The notes: generated from the letters alone by a model not told the origin. A stretch of 64,000 nt of DNA from Dudresnaya verticillata (GCA_977862235.1 OZ374560.1:2542001-2606000), one strand, 5' to 3'; counted from the first letter of the stretch, positions 47,072-59,204 are shown. A program made the numbers and translations.

Positions 47072-47782
47072 ATGCCCCCACCTGCGCCACCCGCGCGCCA
47101 CCCCCGTCGCGGCCTCCGGCCGCGCCGCGCCGCGCCGCGCACCGCGTTCCGCCATGCCGTCCGCGACAAACCAAACGCTCATCTGGGGCGCCATGGCCTC
47201 CTTCGCGCCGACCTTCCTGCACGGCAGTCGTCGCGCCGGTACGTCGCGGTATGCACGCTCATGTCGCTCGCCACAGTGCCATCCCTCTCGCACCTGTCGC
47301 CCGTCGCGTCGCACCTCCCGTTCGAGGTCACGCTCTACCTCTCCATAGCGCGCGCCGTCGCCTCCGCGCTGCAAACGCGCGTCGCCGCGCCCACGCGCGC
47401 GCGCGTCCGCGCCCCGCCGTCGTCGCACATGGTGCTTACGTGGCGCCGCTTTGTGCTGCACGGCTTTCGCGTCGTGCTCTTCTTTCAGCTCACCGCCAGC
47501 ATTCTCAGCGCGCTGACCAAGGACGTCTACACCGACAACTACGACCCGCTCGTGACCCGCTTCACCGCGGTCACCGCCGGCGGCGTCGAGATCCTGTATT
47601 CCGTCTTCGACATGTCGTCCTCCAACTTCCTCCCGCAGTGCGAGCTTGCCCTCGCCTATGCCTGGCAAGCCATCTTTGCCGAGGCAGTCGTCACCGTATC
47701 CGCGACGGCCCTGTGCAATGCAGACTTCACATTTCCATGCAATCATTACGAAAGGTCCCGCTATGGCTCGACAACTCGCTGA
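47072..47782 (+). pseudogene. Probable small membrane-protein gene, possibly frameshifted
   Basis: GC-rich coding-like segment with hydrophobic stretches (YVAVCTLMSLATV, FVLHGFRVVLFFQLTASILSAL). A plausible TLIWGAMASFAPTF segment lies in another frame. Confidence 0.4.
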
Positions 47783-48083
47783 CTTTGTCGAGACTAAAAT
47801 CGAAGCCGGCCATGAGCAGATTGAATCCGCAAAATATTCGGCAGTACACAAGGAATTCTCAGCTAAATAAAGAATTTACGCGTATGGAACTTCACATAAC
47901 ATTCATAAATTCTTCACTATGCCGCAAAGCTAGAAATTGCTACAGAATTCTGGTACAGAAAAGCTTACGCACCTTCGGAATTCTGTACGGCATGAGTATT
48001 ACAGTTCGACCCTCCTACTTCTCGCAACGGGCGGCGATCGTCCATCTTGCAAGCCCTTCGCAAGTTCCACCCGCTCCTCCAGC

Positions 48084-50149
48084 ATGCCGCGACGCTCTAC
48101 CTTGGCACACCACACAAAGCGAAATGCACATCAATGTCGCAGGCGCTGGCGCACTATTTTGATGAAACTACTTGAGCGCCGAGAGCAGGGCGTCTTCGTG
48201 AGCCTCGTTCTGCTCGAAAAGGCCTTCAAAGTCTATCGCCGCCACAGCAACAACCTCAACCGCTTTGTTATTCGCAACTCACTAATCGCAACAACGTCCT
48301 TCTCTGACGTTTTCAGTAGCCTAAGTGACCATGCATGTCTATCGCATTTCAGGTTTCTCAAGGCGGATGTGGTAAAGCTATCTTCTATTATCTGTACAAG
48401 CGAGTCTTCCTATACTACCGAGCGCAACAGATATTCCTCGTCACCCTTATTGACTACCTGTATCGTTCTGGGCCGTCTAGCTACGCCTTTCAGATGGACG
48501 GACCGTGAAATGTTTTACCGCAAGCATTCGTCGCATCTCAGCGAGATCTTCTGGGAGAGCATCGATGAATTTCTCGACACGTAGAGCATCTAGTAACCGG
48601 GAATCTTCATGCCCCTTACATACAAAAGCGGGCGGCAGCATATTCACAAGCAATAGAAGGGCACGTGTCTGTGCTTAGCAACTGCATTGGCTTCATCGAC
48701 GGAACCGTAATCAAGATAGCAAGGCCAAGCACCTACGAGTTGTAGAATATGGTTTACAACGGGCACAAGCGGACTCATGCTCTAACGTATCAGGCTGTAG
48801 TTTGTCCTGATGGGATTATACTGCATGCCTATGGCCCCGTAGAAGGCCGTCGCCACGACTGGACACTGTACAGTAGGTCCGAGTTAGATGAGCAGCTGGA
48901 AGTTGTGCTGAAGGCAGACGGCGTACAGTACTGCATCTACGGCGACAGCGGATACAACCCACGCATGTACCTCCTGTGGTGCAAGGGGAGGCGAGCCCTT
49001 TTTCGCTGAAAGCGGGCAGACTAAATACGTCGACCGACGGAGAAACCGCCACCGGCACTCACCACCGCCGTTGGCGCGCGAACACGTCATCGACGGCTTG
49101 CTGAGGCGCGCGCACGCACTGTGCGCCGCGCGCCACGCGGGCACTGTACGGTGCCGGGCCGACATGGCGCCCCGGGGAACTGTAGCCCGGATCCGGATGC
49201 GATCCGGATCCGGCATCCCGATTGGCTATCTGGATCGCCTAAGCTGTAAGACACGCGCCTGTAAGGCTGCGGGTATCAGCACTGCTGGCCCGATCCGGAT
49301 GGGATCGGGATCGGACGAGTACTAGATTAGATCTAAGGCGCACGCTCTACAGTGCGCGCGCGCACGCGCGGCTGTAAGACACACGCGTCCACGTGTACGT
49401 GTAAGCACCCACACAGGGGGTTGTACGCCGATCTATCAGGCGCTCGGCTGCAGGCGACGCGTGATCTGTCAGACGCGCCTCGGGACGACACGTGTCCCGA
49501 GTTCCTGCGCTACACGCACGCCGCCGCGCCGCCGTACTATACTTAGGTAAGCCGTCCCAGACGTCACAGTAAACGCCCGGGCAAGCCGGCCTTGGTCCAA
49601 ACTTCCCCGTTCCGCTAGCGCGCATTCTACCGCTGCCTACGGCTAAGCGTCTACCTCCCGTGCTTCCACGTCCACTATCGTCCTTGACGTGTTCCCTTTC
49701 TCTCCCCCTTTTCCTTCCTTTCCGCCTCGGGCGTCTACAGTCCGCCCAAGGCGTGTTCCTTTGCTCTACCACCAAGTCGCCCACGGCGGGACCACCCCTC
49801 GCCAAGGGCGCAGCTACCCACCGAGCCCCGAACTGCTCGGCGGTCTATCGTCACAGGACGCTTTGCACCACACCTCCAAGTACCGTTTCAAGGTGCTCAT
49901 TTATCAGCTGCAGAGGCAGGCTTCAACACGGCTATGTCAACCGGCCGCATAACCGTAGAGTGGATCTTCAAGGAGGTGAAGCTTTACTGGACAACGGTTG
50001 ATTTTCGCTGCAAGATGCGCGTTCTACAAGCGCCCGTGGGTGCCCTGTACATGACCGCGATACTGCTCTTGAACATCCGTACATGTTCCTACGGCAATCA
50101 GGTACCCACATACTTCAAGTGCCCCCGCCTTCTTTGCAAACATACTTGA
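48084..50149 (+). pseudogene. PIF/Harbinger DDE transposase, inactivated and split by an insertion
   Basis: HFRF, GFIDGT, YNGHKRTHA, GRRHD, YGDSGY and RITVEWIFKEVK motifs. Stops at 48582 and ~48743. Insertion at 48975-49872. Confidence 0.92.
48975..49872. mobile_element. 898-bp solo-LTR-like insertion inside the Harbinger transposase
   Basis: Ends TGTGGTGCAA...TTGCACCACA. 5-bp TSD CCTCC (48970-48974 and 49873-49877). Excision restores RMYLQVPFQG in frame. Confidence 0.9.
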
Positions 50150-50221
50150 ACTCTCGTGGATAGTCTTGGCCCCAATGGTCAAGACTCCGCGGCGAGCGCA
50201 AAGTCCGTAGCGGCGAAGGCG

Positions 50222-51268
50222 CTAGGAACTCGCGCCGAGGCGCGAAGGACTGCGCGGAGCCGCGGAGTCTTGATCCTTTGAGGGCCCAGAGGGTGCTGCG
50301 GGCTGTCCGTCACGGAAAAGCTCGAGCATAAGGCGAAACTTCTGCAGCTCCAGTTTGGCGGCCTCCTCGCGAACCTTTTTGCGCTCCTCCCTGTCCATGG
50401 CACGCTCTAGTTTCCCAGCCTCAAACCGTGCTTTTTCGAGCTCCAACCGCTCGCTGTCCAGTTCATGTCTACGGGCATCGCCCTTTGCGAGCGCTTCCGT
50501 AAATGCTGCAGCTTCTTCGTCCACAACGCAAACATCTGTTTCGGAGCTCCTTCGTGGCTTCTTCGCCGAGGATGGCGCCCCATCCACAGTACTGGCATCG
50601 TTTTCCAGCTCTGTGTTCTTCCTCTTTCCTTCCCGCCGCTTTGTCGCGCGCTGCCTGATGAAGGCGCCCAACCTCTCCTTCTTCTCCTCCTCCTCAACCT
50701 GCTTCCTCCTTCGCTCGTTCCTCGCCTCCAGCATGTCATCCCGTGCCTCTTTCATCATTCCAAGGAGCTCTTCCATTTCCCCTACCTCGCCTCCCACACC
50801 GCTCATCCTAGCTTCCATGCCGTCGTACTTGTCAAACCGCTCCTGTAGTCTCTTGTAACGGTCTTGCACAGATTTCCACGTGACGCTAAGAGAAAGACGT
50901 TTCGTTGCGTTTGCTTTCGATGCAGCCACCTCAAAACGTTCCCGCGTTTGTCCGTTCGGAGCAATGTGGGCCTTCGCCGCTGCCACTTCTCGCACCAGCA
51001 GCAATTCATCGTCCTTGTTGAAGCGAGACCGACGACCGCTGTGTCCTGGTTTACGCGCAGTTTCGGCAGTGGGAGCAGAATCGGGTGACGCAGTGAGCGT
51101 AGCTGGCGGGGGAGGGATGGACGATGTGATCTCCGGAACGAAACGCGTCGCGTCGTCGCGGTTGAGGATGGGGATTGTGTCTGGGGAAGGCATTGGAGTA
51201 GGGATTGGAAGACCGTCGCACTGTAACTTCTCAAAGCCCGGGAAGACGTCGTCGTGTGAGCTGTCCAT
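50222..51268 (-). CDS. Myb/SANT-like (trihelix) DNA-binding protein of the Harbinger element
   Basis: RSRFNKDDELLLVREV...TWKSVQDRYKRL followed by a coiled coil. Convergent with the transposase, as is usual for PIF/Harbinger. Confidence 0.88.
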   Translation of the reverse strand: MDSSHDDVFPGFEKLQCDGLPIPTPMPSPDTIPILNRDDATRFVPEITSSIPPPPATLTASPDSAPTAETARKPGHSGRRSRFNKDDELLLVREVAAAKAHIAPNGQTRERFEVAASKANATKRLSLSVTWKSVQDRYKRLQERFDKYDGMEARMSGVGGEVGEMEELLGMMKEARDDMLEARNERRRKQVEEEEKKERLGAFIRQRATKRREGKRKNTELENDASTVDGAPSSAKKPRRSSETDVCVVDEEAAAFTEALAKGDARRHELDSERLELEKARFEAGKLERAMDREERKKVREEAAKLELQKFRLMLELFRDGQPAAPSGPSKDQDSAAPRSPSRLGASS

Positions 51269-51529
51269 GGTGGGTCGGAAGGGATGTTGGACTTAACTCA
51301 AGCCGAGGAGGTTGTGGCCTGGCGGTTGTGGAGTTTCCCAGTTGGGAGTGCCAGTTTCCCCGCCAAAGCGCGCCAAAAGCGGGTCTCACGCCGCTTCACT
51401 ATTTCCGCACATTTCAGGCAAGATACTCACGCCGTTGTGTGCCGGTTCTTTTCTCCGGTGCAATGTGTGCGACGTGTATCGGAATTTTATCTCATATTTT
51501 TGTGAAGCTCCGGTGCGTAAAATCCCTAA

Positions 51530-54500
51530 TATGTATTGGAATCCGCCAAGCAACTGGCTAAACTCGATTTATCCACAGGCAAAGAGGCGGGTGATAAAAA
51601 TAGCCATGCAGGAACCACAACGCCCGCATACGTGGAGTACTTCACGTTGGGCAGATACCCAGCGTTGTGCAGAGTCTTGGAGGTCCATCGGGGCGTCAAT
51701 GTTTATTGTACGGTGTCTCGCATATGGTATCTGGGATCCGCCGGAGCGCCCATTCTTGAAGGGTCAAGTACTGGGTACAGTACCTCAAAACGAAGAAAAT
51801 CTTATATTTGGCAGCAAAGAACTGCAAGAAGGTTGTTCACGGTGCACATATCAAGAGATAAGTCATTCCTACGCTATGGCGCAAGTGCAGAAAGGCTGTT
51901 ACGTATCATCAGCATTCGTGGACTGGGCAAAGGGGAAAGGAAGATTTGTCATAAATGTCAAAAGACAATCTACTCATTGGGACAAGCGGTCAGTAGTAAT
52001 GGATACCCTCAGTTCATTTGGGTCTTGTTTGACCAAAGGACACCGAATTTTGTCCTTCGATTGGAAAGAGGGCTACAGACATATGCGACTGCACCCCCGT
52101 ATGTGGAATTGGTTCCTGTTCCGGTACAATGGCAAATTCTACCGCCGTATAGCGCTTCCCTTTGGCTGGACAAGGTCATCATACTGGTTTTGTCACATTT
52201 TGCGTCCCCTCACTCGATACATGAGTTATGCACTTTATTGTCGAGTGCTGCAATGGATAGCCGATTACTTGCTAGTACCAGGAACCGGAAAAGTCCCAAG
52301 CACAGCTCAAGATTGTGTCCAGCTATGTGCCGTATTGGACGTGTTATTCCCCAAGTTGGGACTTCTGCGGCATCCCCAAAAAGGCGTCTGGGACCACGGT
52401 ACTACACGACTGGAACACCTCGGACTTGTCATAGACACTGTAGAGTTTCGGTACTTCATTACAGACGAGAAGCTTTCCAAACTTCAAAGGATGGCCCGGG
52501 ATCTGCTGAGGAATGCGGCACATTCCAGGCGCTGGGTGAAGGAAAGTCTACTACGAACCTTCACCGGTACGGCTATTTCTCAATTGGTTCCGCTTCCCCT
52601 TGCCCGTTTCTTCACTCGTGCACTATACGACGATTAAAATCCGACCAGGTCTGTCGTGGACGTTATCCGGAACAGAGTATTCGTCTTTCCAACGCCGGAA
52701 GACGAGATCTACTGGCTTGGAGCTCTATGCTAGCGGGGGATGGGTGACTAATTTGTGGAGGGATGAAATCCTGGAATCTACACACCGATGCAGCAGATGT
52801 AGGCTACGGAGGCACTTTGGGTTCAAACATGGCTCCCGGGTCCGCAGGAGAGGTGGAGGTACAAGCTGTTTGGTCCCCTTTTCTACGCCTACAGTCCATC
52901 ACAGTACGAGAGTTGACAGCCGTAAGAAAGACTCTGGAAGCCGATCTTATTCAAGCCAAACTATGCGGCAAGAAGGATACAGTCCTACTCCACGTGGACA
53001 ACATGGCCGTGTTTCATATAGTCAACAACATGGTATCGTCCAATCCAGTGCTCATGTGCGAGCTTCGCTGTCTCCACTGCCTGCTCCCAGAAATCAAGAT
53101 CACCCTGAAGGCCTCATGGCTTCCATCAGCTCTGAACCGACATGCAGTCCGACTCAGTCGGACCTGGTAGACGGGTGACCTAGCCGCAACACCTTCACTG
53201 ATCGACGCATTAGCCAAATCACTCCAGTTGCAGACAGTTCGACGATACTGCCCTCTCAAAGATTCACCCGCCGCCCGGGCGAAAACTATGAAAGCCCAGT
53301 TCCAGAAACATTGTGGAGACGGAATGAGCCGCCTTTGGAACCCTCCATGGATAGCTCTCACATTGCTCAAGCTCGATTCCGAGCACGCACACGGCGTCAT
53401 TCTAGTCCCTCACTGGACCGGGGCGAGTTGGTACAAGCTATTGCAGCGAATCTCGTTGTCGTCCCGCGTCAAAGAACCAGGGACCGCGTTGCTCTTCAGC
53501 TCCGCGTCCGCCAACCCCTCTTGGGCCCTCCAACTAGCCGAAGTGGGCTATCGGCCCAAAACGCGGTCAGCCTTGCCATCGCTTCTCGCCTCCCCGACAC
53601 TTCTGCTGCTAGAGCAAGTCTTCGACTCGCCTCAAACTCCCTGAGTACCGCAACTGATAGCTCTAAGTCCAGCCAATGGCGCCAGTTCCAAACATTTTGC
53701 ACTTCAGAAGGTCACACAGCTCTACCGGCCGATGTGGGTACAGTCTTAGCCTATCTTGGGTTCCTTTTCGAAGAAGACAGGGTCCATTCTAGCTCCTTGA
53801 ACCACTACATGTCTGCCATTTGTACAATGCATACTCGAGCCGGATATACAGACCCCTGCACAGGACAAAGCCAGAGCGTCATACTTAGAGCCTTTAGAAG
53901 GCAGGACGATGCCCGTGGTACCCTTCAAGACGTCCGTGCGGGTATTCCAGCATCTGTTATTTGGAGAATCCGCAACTACGGTTTGGCACAACCAATCGAC
54001 AGTTCAAGTGCGCGTGACGCCTCCCTTATTGAGTTCCAATACATTCTTTCATGGCGTGAATCTTCAGGCCGGACGATTCAAGCACAAGACATAACGGTTC
54101 AAACTGTTGGTTCCTCACTCGCATCAACTCGTGTTCAACTTTCCGCACGTCCTCGCACGCTGAAGGGACGTCCTACCCGCGGACAACCATCATCTTCTAT
54201 ATTTTGTAATGGTACCGGTGCTGCCAACCCACTAGCATTGCAATTGCGGTACTACACCCATCGGAATACGACTGCACCTCATGAATTATACTGGTCACAT
54301 CAGGGAGATGTTCCGGACTCACAGCATGGCACAAATGCCCTACAGCGTATTCTAGTGGTACTTCAAGTTGTACCCCACCGTTTTGATTCTACGCTTCACA
54401 TAGTCTTCGCAGTGGTTTCACTGCACTAATTCTCACCGAAGTGCAGCTTCTCGTTATAGTTCAAAGAGGTCACTGAGCAAACGACCGGATGGTTATCAAC

Positions 54501-54593
54501 GTTTACTTTGAAGATCGCATCCGTCAAAGCCCGGAAATGGCGCTCTATTTCTCGTCGCTACTACCTTCTTCGCAGCTCCCGCCACCGCAGTAA
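51530..54593 (+). mobile_element. DIRS-type tyrosine-recombinase retrotransposon, degenerate and 5'-truncated (RT, RNase H, methyltransferase-like, YR)
   Basis: RT: SFDWKEGYRH, LPFGW, WIAD (mutated YxDD), HLGLVIDT. RNase H: HTDAA, SITVRELTAV, VDNMAV. MT-like: WNPPW...ILVPHW...WY. Overlapping YR: AYLGFL, WRES, then frameshifted HSLRSG and GH*(W)...VY, ending at TAA 54591-54593. Confidence 0.92.
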
Positions 54594-54853
54594 CATGGCT
54601 CTCTCAGAGTTGGAATTTCATCCAGTGTCAAAGGTTTTTACATGATTGAAAAGGTACACAGTACATAGTGACCTTGCGGAACGTCCCAAAACAGCAACAT
54701 TAATGCAATACCAAGATAGTAGTAATCAGTTGAAGTGTCAACGGTCTGGGTACAATGCTAACAGAGCACTCTAGCGGCATCAGTCAGTGCCACACCCGCA
54801 TTCTCGCTGCAACGCTAACAAAATATTACCGTCCAGAGAGGAGAGACGAAACA

Positions 54854-54916
54854 GGAGAGTTCTTTCAAAGATGGACCGGAGAGTTCTTCCAAAGATGAAC
54901 CGGAAAGATCTTCCAA
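54854..54916 (+). repeat. 24-bp tandem repeat (~2.6 units) downstream of the DIRS YR
   Basis: GGAGAGTTCTTTCAAAGATGGACC / GGAGAGTTCTTCCAAAGATGAACC / GGAAAGATCTTCCAA. Confidence 0.75.
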
Positions 54917-55584
54917 TTTACGGGTACATAAGCCTTCGGCCTCTCTGATCCCGGACAGTCGAGGCAAGTTCTTCCCTCCCGCCCTCCCGCCCTTAGCACC
55001 TTTGCCTTCTCCAACAAGTTCTAGCCTTTTCTTTCTAATCTAACAGCCATATGCGAGTGTCTATGACTCATGTGAGACCCATCTACATATCTCTGTCATT
55101 AGTCTAGTGAATGAAGCTCTCCCAATAAAGCTTTCATTTCTTTTCATGCAAAAACCACAGACCTACGCAAACGTCACCGTCGCCATGGCGCTGGTCGTGG
55201 GCATCTTCCATGCCACTTGCAAACCGTATGCTGTCACGTATGGCAAGGGCAAATTCTTCGCCGTCCTGTTTCAGAGGACCATATCGAAGAAGATCTTTTA
55301 GCCCGAGTCTGTTTATGAAGCTGGTGTTATCGCCGTGGAAGACCTTTACGCGCTCGGGGACCTTTACTCGGACAATATCACCGACCAAATTCAAGCCCTT
55401 CCTGCCTATTCTCCCGCGGACGACCATCACATCGCAGCTATTTCCTAAAAACACCAACAGCCGTACAATCGGCCCATAAAGATATCTCCCGAGGACATGC
55501 AAGCAGTTTTGCAACTAATCCTGCAACGCAATCTCACCCATGTCTGGCTCGACTTTGTGCAAAACATCAGGACTACAGAATCCT

Positions 55585-56886
55585 GTAGACTACTCTCCAG
55601 CTTCGCACTTTCACACACCCGCGGGACTCGATCCCACGACCTCCATGGCGGACCAAGCAAAAAGAAATCACTAAGCTATTGCTGCTTCAGTGTGGCTTTG
55701 CTTGGTGTAGTGCTGTGATGCTCCCTACTTAACATCCTACTTCAGTAGGTATTTACATTACCTTCTCTTCTTTTTTCTTTTTCTCCCTTGCCCCTCGGGA
55801 TAGAAGTAGGTAATGGACAAGCCACGTTGCACCTCCTGGCAACGTGTCGCGCATCTCTGGGGCTTGTCTCTGTGGAAACTTGTCAGTAGTTCACATGTTC
55901 CGGCTATTGAGCAAATCATAGTGGCCAACCAATGATCATTGTAGACTACTCTCCAGCTTCGCACGTGCACACACCCACGGGACTCGATCCCACGACCTCC
56001 ATGGCGGACCAAGCTGTGGTATAGACGCTATCCGTGAAATGCCTCCGTGGCCTACGTGAAAGTAATCATGAAATACGAATTTCGAAATGACTCCGTGAGT
56101 GCGCACGCCACGACGGAAAACGTATTACAGCGATGCAAACGGTGCGCGCGCACACGCGCCACGACGGCATTCGCATTACAGTGCGCACCCGATATGAAAT
56201 CGCTGACACCTTCGTGACTTTCCCGTTGTTTCCCGCGCGCAACGTAACCGAGGCCCACGAGACACGCGCACCTCCGTATGCATCGCTGGCGCACTCCGCA
56301 ACCGCCACCATACGTGAGGCGACCGTTCGCTGGCACCGAGGCCGTTACGAATCATTCGAGTACGAACCGTCTCCCGAGTTGACGCGCATTCGTGCTCACG
56401 TAGTAGTACTTAGCCAGTCGTGTCGCACAACCTCCGAGGGTTTCCGGCAAGCGACTAGCGCGCGGACCTCGGAGTCTTCGGTAAACGCTGTTTCTTCGTG
56501 TTCGGTGTCTTCGTCTTCGTGACTGCGGATACGGTCGAGCCTCGCTTTCGATAGCCTCGCGCACCCGGAGTTATCCCCGGTGATCGATCGCTCGAGTTTT
56601 CCCTTCCGCACACGAATACGTTGACACCGTGGTCCTTCGTGTTAGCCGCTCCGCTCTACCACGCTACCGCCCCTTTTCGTTTCTTCGTTAGGCTACGAGG
56701 CCATTCGCTAGGCTCCGAGGCCATTCGCTTACAGTGCGAGACTTCCCCGCGTCTCCGTGGACTTCGTTTTCGTTATACCACACAAGCAAAAAGAAACCAC
56801 TAAGTTATTGCCGCTTCAGTGTGGATTTGCTTGGTGTAGTGCTGTGATGCTCCCTACTTAAGATCCTACTTCAGTAGGTATCTACA
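55585..56886 (-). repeat. ~170-bp direct duplication containing a tRNA-like A/B-box segment; second copy split by a solo LTR
   Basis: 55585-55757 matches 55941-56014 joined to 56788-56886. Minus strand has TAGCTTAGTG and a T-arm GTGGG-ATCGAGT-CCCGC. Confidence 0.75.
56015..56782. mobile_element. 768-bp solo-LTR-like insertion
   Basis: Ends TGTGGTATA...TATACCACA. 5-bp TSD CAAGC (56010-56014 and 56783-56787). The empty site GACCAAGCAAAAAG is present in the paralogous copy at ~55651-55664. Confidence 0.92.
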
Positions 56887-56920
56887 ATCCCCGTCCCGAC
56901 CTACCTGTTTCGAAGAAGGC

Positions 56921-57676
56921 GTGGCTCCCTACGTGCAGTTCGAGGTCATAACGGTTTGGTCTGTTCAACAGGCAGCAGACAGCATGTGGATGCGCATGGA
57001 GGAAATTGCTGGGCTATTGGGGAAGGGGTTGTATCGCGCGCGGGAGCGAAAATGGATGTCCGGTCCCGGGTTGGGATTGCAACACGCTATTCTGCAGCTC
57101 GGTGCGCGAGCTTGCGCAGGCGAGATCGCCAAGTGTCGTCTGGAACACAGTTACAACGTAGACATTGATGATATTGCTCGTGGTTGTGGAAAAGCGCTCG
57201 TTCAAACGATGCTTGACATACCTTGGCTCTGGACTGTGCGCGTGCCGGACGCGAAGGACTACGTATACAACTCTCAGATCACCCTCAATATTTTGCTGGA
57301 GATTCCCGGACATTTGGAGGCAAACTGGGTGCCTGCTGATGGTCGGCTTGCATTCTTCCCTGGGAGACACTGGAGCTCGCCAATGGATACGGAAGACGAA
57401 ACGATGACCGGGCTGGAAATGAGTGAGCGACACCGTGATCTGCGAGCTTTCTCGAACAGAAGAGAAGAAGAAGGAGAAGAGCTCATTGAAGGCCCACTGT
57501 TCCAAGTGGTCTGCAAAGCGACTTCTGTTCTAGAGACTACGTTCAGAGTTTTAGCAGAAGCGGGGCTCTCTGATGACGGCAGGGTACATTTCTTGAGAAG
57601 CAAGTGGCTCGGGGAACGAGAGTTTCCCCTCGAGGGCTTTCATGAAGTCAGTCGCTCTGAATGGGTCACGTGGTAG
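56921..57676 (+). CDS. Hypothetical protein (230-251 aa), copy 1 of an inverted duplication; start uncertain
   Basis: Open frame conserved with the copy at 63275-64000. No family recognised. Confidence 0.55.
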   Translation: MAPYVQFEVITVWSVQQAADSMWMRMEEIAGLLGKGLYRARERKWMSGPGLGLQHAILQLGARACAGEIAKCRLEHSYNVDIDDIARGCGKALVQTMLDIPWLWTVRVPDAKDYVYNSQITLNILLEIPGHLEANWVPADGRLAFFPGRHWSSPMDTEDETMTGLEMSERHRDLRAFSNRREEEGEELIEGPLFQVVCKATSVLETTFRVLAEAGLSDDGRVHFLRSKWLGEREFPLEGFHEVSRSEWVTW

Positions 57677-57939
57677 TTGCAAGTTGTTTCTTGAAGTCTA
57701 CTTCTGTGTACTATAGTTATGCTCTCGAACGACCAATTTCCATGCTAAGTTCTTGACGGATCTGAGGAGACGACTACACGCTTCTATCAATTGCCGTACA
57801 GACTACCGGGGGATGATCGGACAAGGCGGGAACACACTTCCAAAGAATCGCAGACGCGCAAGCGCCTCGTCTCAGCAAGACTTGCTCCGCCTTGTGAGAA
57901 AAAGGCTCCTCTGACCTCGCGGTTTGTTTTCTATCGATA

Positions 57940-58612
57940 GAGAGAGATGGAGGCCTTTACGCATAGGAAAGACTACAGCCCCGTAAGGGGGCTTATCTAA
58001 AACGCATCTGAAAGGCGACGGTCGAAGAGTAAACGGCGGTTAACAGCCACCGCGACAGATTGAAGTACAAGAGAGGTGAGGTGGGTGAGAATAGATAGTT
58101 TCTCAGATATCGGCGAAGTAACCTTCATAGTAGCTAGGAAATTCCCCACGCGCTGAGCGCCTCGATCGAACCCAGAACCAATGGCACCATAGATGTCTAT
58201 CACCATAGGATGGAGATCTATCCGGTTGGTAGAACATAAGCGACGATAATGACGGGCTTTAGCTTGCTCGCGGCGGTGAATAGCTTGATGTTGAGAGCGA
58301 GGCGTGTTGGACAGTGTAGTTGCATGGTGTGGGGTCACCACAGAGACGTCAAACGCTTGCGGGAGGGGGGCAAACGCAGGGTCATCAACGTAGAGATCCT
58401 TACGAAGATGGTCACGTCGGTCTTCTTCTAAACGGTCTTCAGCACGTTGTAATTGACGGGGATCGCGACGCCTTTCTGAAGTAGTGCGTGCAGAATACGC
58501 CACAACTCGGGAATCCCCAGTCTCCTCTAGGTAAGAAAAGTTACGTTCAAGCTGAACAGTAACGCCATGGTTCCGAGCAATATTACGAAAGAAAGCCCCA
58601 AGTTCTCTCGTT
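57940..58612 (-). mobile_element. 5'-truncated CRE-like RLE non-LTR retrotransposon fragment
   Basis: RKDLYV...FDVSVVTP...REQAKARHY, a PD-(D/E)xK-type endonuclease. 3' hairpin and TAAAGGCCTCCATCTCTCTC tail. Confidence 0.85.
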
Positions 58613-59204
58613 TGGTAGTGTAGTGAAAAATATAACTTCCTTACTCTATAAAGACCATCCGAGACACGGGAGTAGTCCGGATGGCAACCCAACACAATAC
58701 AATTCTAACAAAACGCTAGGAGAACAAGCTTGTTTTGCTGTTAACTATTCGGATTACTAGGCATAACGCATTCGAGATCCGAGTCTAGGAGAAGTCGATC
58801 TATGAAGCTCCACTCTCCAACGATTCATTCTATGCATAAAGCCTTTCACACTGTCCAACGAGCTAAATTGACTTGGGATATAGAGGTGCAGGTTTGAGAT
58901 TGTCCTCATATTAACAGCCCAACCTAGTTTGCCTCACCGCTGCTATCGGAAATGGAAAGGAAACCGTTATTCTTGAGCGATGCTATACGCATGAAAACCG
59001 CCCCCATATCCATCTCCTGTCATCTTCATACCATGAGGCATCTCATGGACCCTGTGTGACACTGGAGCATTGCATTCAATCAGCGTGTAGGCAGCGAACA
59101 CAGTCTTTGCAGGTATGATATTATTATCCCGCATCGCTCACTGCCATAACATCACTTCTCTGGTTCGAGGGGGGCTTTGGGGAGCGCAGGTGTAGGTCGG
59201 TATA

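Larger units (their letters stand above)
47965..51526. mobile_element. PIF/Harbinger element (transposase plus Myb gene)
   Basis: Right end GGTGCGTAAAATCCC is followed by TAA (51527-51529). Only a 9-bp inverse match, TTACGCACC, is present at 47965-47973, so the left end is tentative. Confidence 0.7.

Noticed and set aside
51530..51560. YWNPP before the DIRS RT as a second methyltransferase motif
   Set aside because: It lies at the Harbinger junction and lacks the downstream MTase pattern. The 51312 ORF start is a chimera of Harbinger end and DIRS sequence.
55107..55600. Coding-like frame interrupted by stops
   Set aside because: Possibly a pseudogene, but no family can be assigned.
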